64,000 bases of DNA from Mobula birostris (taxonomy: Eukaryota), in contig NC_092377.1 of assembly GCF_030028105.1 (NCBI RefSeq), forward strand, positions 134,449,356-134,513,355, given 5' to 3'. Positions 62,050 through 64,000 of this stretch are shown here, one piece after another; the first letter of the stretch is position 1, and every line of letters begins with the position of its first letter. A model generated the notes under the pieces. That model saw only the letters and a list, made by a program, of their open reading frames with translations. It did no database searches and had not been told where the DNA came from. The position numbers and the translations under genes were made by a program.

Positions 62050-63130
62050 TTCTTATTGCACAGTGAAAGCAGTGGGGTTGCCAAGTAAGATTGTGGAATA
62101 TTCCTCTTGAGGGATGTGAGCAGGCAGGGAGACCTCCAGTGTCCCTGGTGACTGCACCTGCAAGAAGTGCAGCTACAGCTTCTAACAGGAACTGGATGAA
62201 CTCTGTATCATTCAGGAGGCTGAGGGCCTGATTGACAGGACAAACAGAGAGGTAACTACACCCAAGGTGCAGGGCACAAGTAACTGGGTGACCGTCAGAA
62301 GGGGGAAGGGGATAGGCAGCCAGTGGTGTTCCCCTCAGCAACAATTATACTGGACACTGCTTTGAACCTCGCTCTGGGGGAGATGACCTTGCAGAGGAAA
62401 ACCACAGCAGTCAGATCTTGGTACTGAGTCTGGCTCTGTGTCTCCGAAGGGGAGGGAGGAGAAGAGGACTGCAGTGGTGACAGAGGACTCCATAGTTAGA
62501 GGAGCAGACAGGGGATTCTGCGGACATGAAAGAGATACCTGGATGGTATGTTCCCTCTCAGGTGCCGGGGTCAAGGATGTCCCTGATCAGGTCCATAGCA
62601 TTTTAAAGGGGGAGCATGAGTGGCTACAAGTCATGGTACATACTAGTACCAACGACACGGGTAGTAAAAGCAGGACTTCAGCTGGAGAAACTCAGCAGGT
62701 CAGGCAGCATCTATGGAGATGTATGATTTTACATCTTACTCAAATATTTAATACTAATGTATTAAATACAAAAGACACCTTCCTGTTTAGCTACTAACAA
62801 CTTAATATAGAGTGCATCACAATCTCTGGATTGCTGCCCATGCCACGTGCCAGTGAGGGTAAGAATAGGGTGATCTGGCAGGCTGAGGAACTGGTGCAGG
62901 GGGCAGGGATTCCGATTTCTTCGGGGAAGGACAGGGAGATGATAGTGCAAAATTGCAGTCAGTGGGATGAGTTGAAGTGTGACATGGGTCAGAATTGGAA
63001 AGGGTGTTGAAACCAGACTGTCGGTGTTATATTTGTACACAGAACAAGGTAGATGATCAGGTAGCGCAGTTAGAGATTGGCAGGTGTGACACTATGGGCA
63101 TCACTGAGTCATGGCTGAAAGAAGATCATA
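62050..63130 (+). mobile_element. CR1 LINE 5' portion (ORF1 esterase-like remnant and ORF2 start)
   Basis: AVVTEDSIVRGADRGFCG..MVCSLSGAGVKDV..VHTSTND (decayed SGNH-type GDS/GTND motifs); GITESWLK. Confidence 0.8.
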
Positions 63131-63134
63131 GTTA

Positions 63135-63725
63135 GATTAGCTGAGATTAGATTCAACTTCATTGTCATTGTGCTGAGTACAGATACAAAGCCAATGAAAT
63201 ACATTTAGCATCTGACCAGAAATGCAAAGAATAGTGTTACTTACAAAATAACTGCGAATAAAAAGTAAGTGCTACAGCACACAAATATAAATGTACTGAG
63301 ACAGTACAATACGGATGCAATACTGCTTAGCGCTGTGATGTGAGGTTCAGCAGGGTCACAGCCTCAGGGAAGAAGCTCTTCCTGTGCCTGCTGGTGCGGG
63401 AACGGAGGCTCCTGTAGCACCTACCGGAGAGTAAAAAGTCCATGGTTAGGGTGAGGTGCATCCCTGATAATGCCTTATGTCCTGCCCAGGCAGCGTTTAT
63501 GGTAAATGTTCTCAATGGAGGACAATTGGGTGCTGATAATCCACTGGGCAGTTTTCACCACATGCTGGAGGGCTTTGCGGTCCGATACGGGACAATTACT
63601 ATACCACACTGAGATGCAGTTGGTGAGTATGCTCTCAATAGTACAGCGGTAAAAGTCTGTCAGTATCCTGGGACAGAGGTGAGCTTTCTTCGTGCTCCGC
63701 AGGAAATGAAGGCGCTGTTGAGAGC
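63135..63725 (-). mobile_element. Rex1/Babar-type LINE 3' fragment
   Basis: SGRCYRSLRSRTSRHRKSFFPEAVTLLN; its tail is also present at 42830-42972. Confidence 0.8.
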
Positions 63726-64000
63726 TTAAACATCCATTGTATCTGTTTTGTTTTATAACTTCAAAACATTAAGTTGCTTGAAAGGAAAAGACAGGAGTCC
63801 AAAATGTGAGTCCAACTTTGTTTTTAACTTTAAGCGAGGCACAACATATCACATGGTGGCATGATGACATATGCCATTTACATACTTTTATAGATATCCC
63901 ACAATGCGTTATAAAAACAACAAAGAATGCTTGATCGAACAGTATATTTACAAACACAAGAAATTCTGCTGATGCAGGAAATCCAAAGCAACACACGCAA

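Noticed and set aside
62438-62797. SGNH esterase-like ORF as a cellular gene
   Set aside because: CR1 ORF1 remnant with decayed motifs, interrupted by another repeat.
1-64000. A novel prokaryote-style multi-gene system (defence island, retron, CRISPR)
   Set aside because: The window is spliced vertebrate DNA, and all RT/nuclease motifs belong to decayed LINE, LTR or DNA transposons.

Overview
Vertebrate nuclear DNA, not prokaryotic. The repeat content (CR1, V-type tRNA SINEs, Penelope-like ends, Rex1, Tx1) suggests a cartilaginous fish, probably a ray; this is an inference. Two genes converge tail to tail. KANSL3 (+) has 20 phase-consistent coding exons from 2233 to 48894 (2914 nt, about 970 aa in the window; 5' exons lie upstream). 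A complete 4-exon COX5B (-) runs 60534 to 49295 (135 aa) with a CpG-rich promoter. Introns are packed with decayed transposons: CR1, Tx1, Rex1, a Gypsy tail, a solo LTR, hAT/Charlie, Tigger, Tc1 and SINEs. I found no new multi-gene system. Best leads: (1) two divergent Tx1 LINEs whose 3' ends both join the same CAGTACTG-containing motif, suggesting target-site specificity; (2) opposing KANSL3 and COX5B poly(A) signals 34 bp apart; (3) a 78-nt KANSL3 cassette exon followed by a UG tract, an RBFOX motif and a candidate poison exon; (4) a ~190-aa KANSL3 C-terminal extension; (5) a decayed partial duplicate of a KANSL3 exon. Gene and repeat identities come from recalled sequence similarity, not database searches. 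TE boundaries are approximate unless TIRs/TSDs are quoted.
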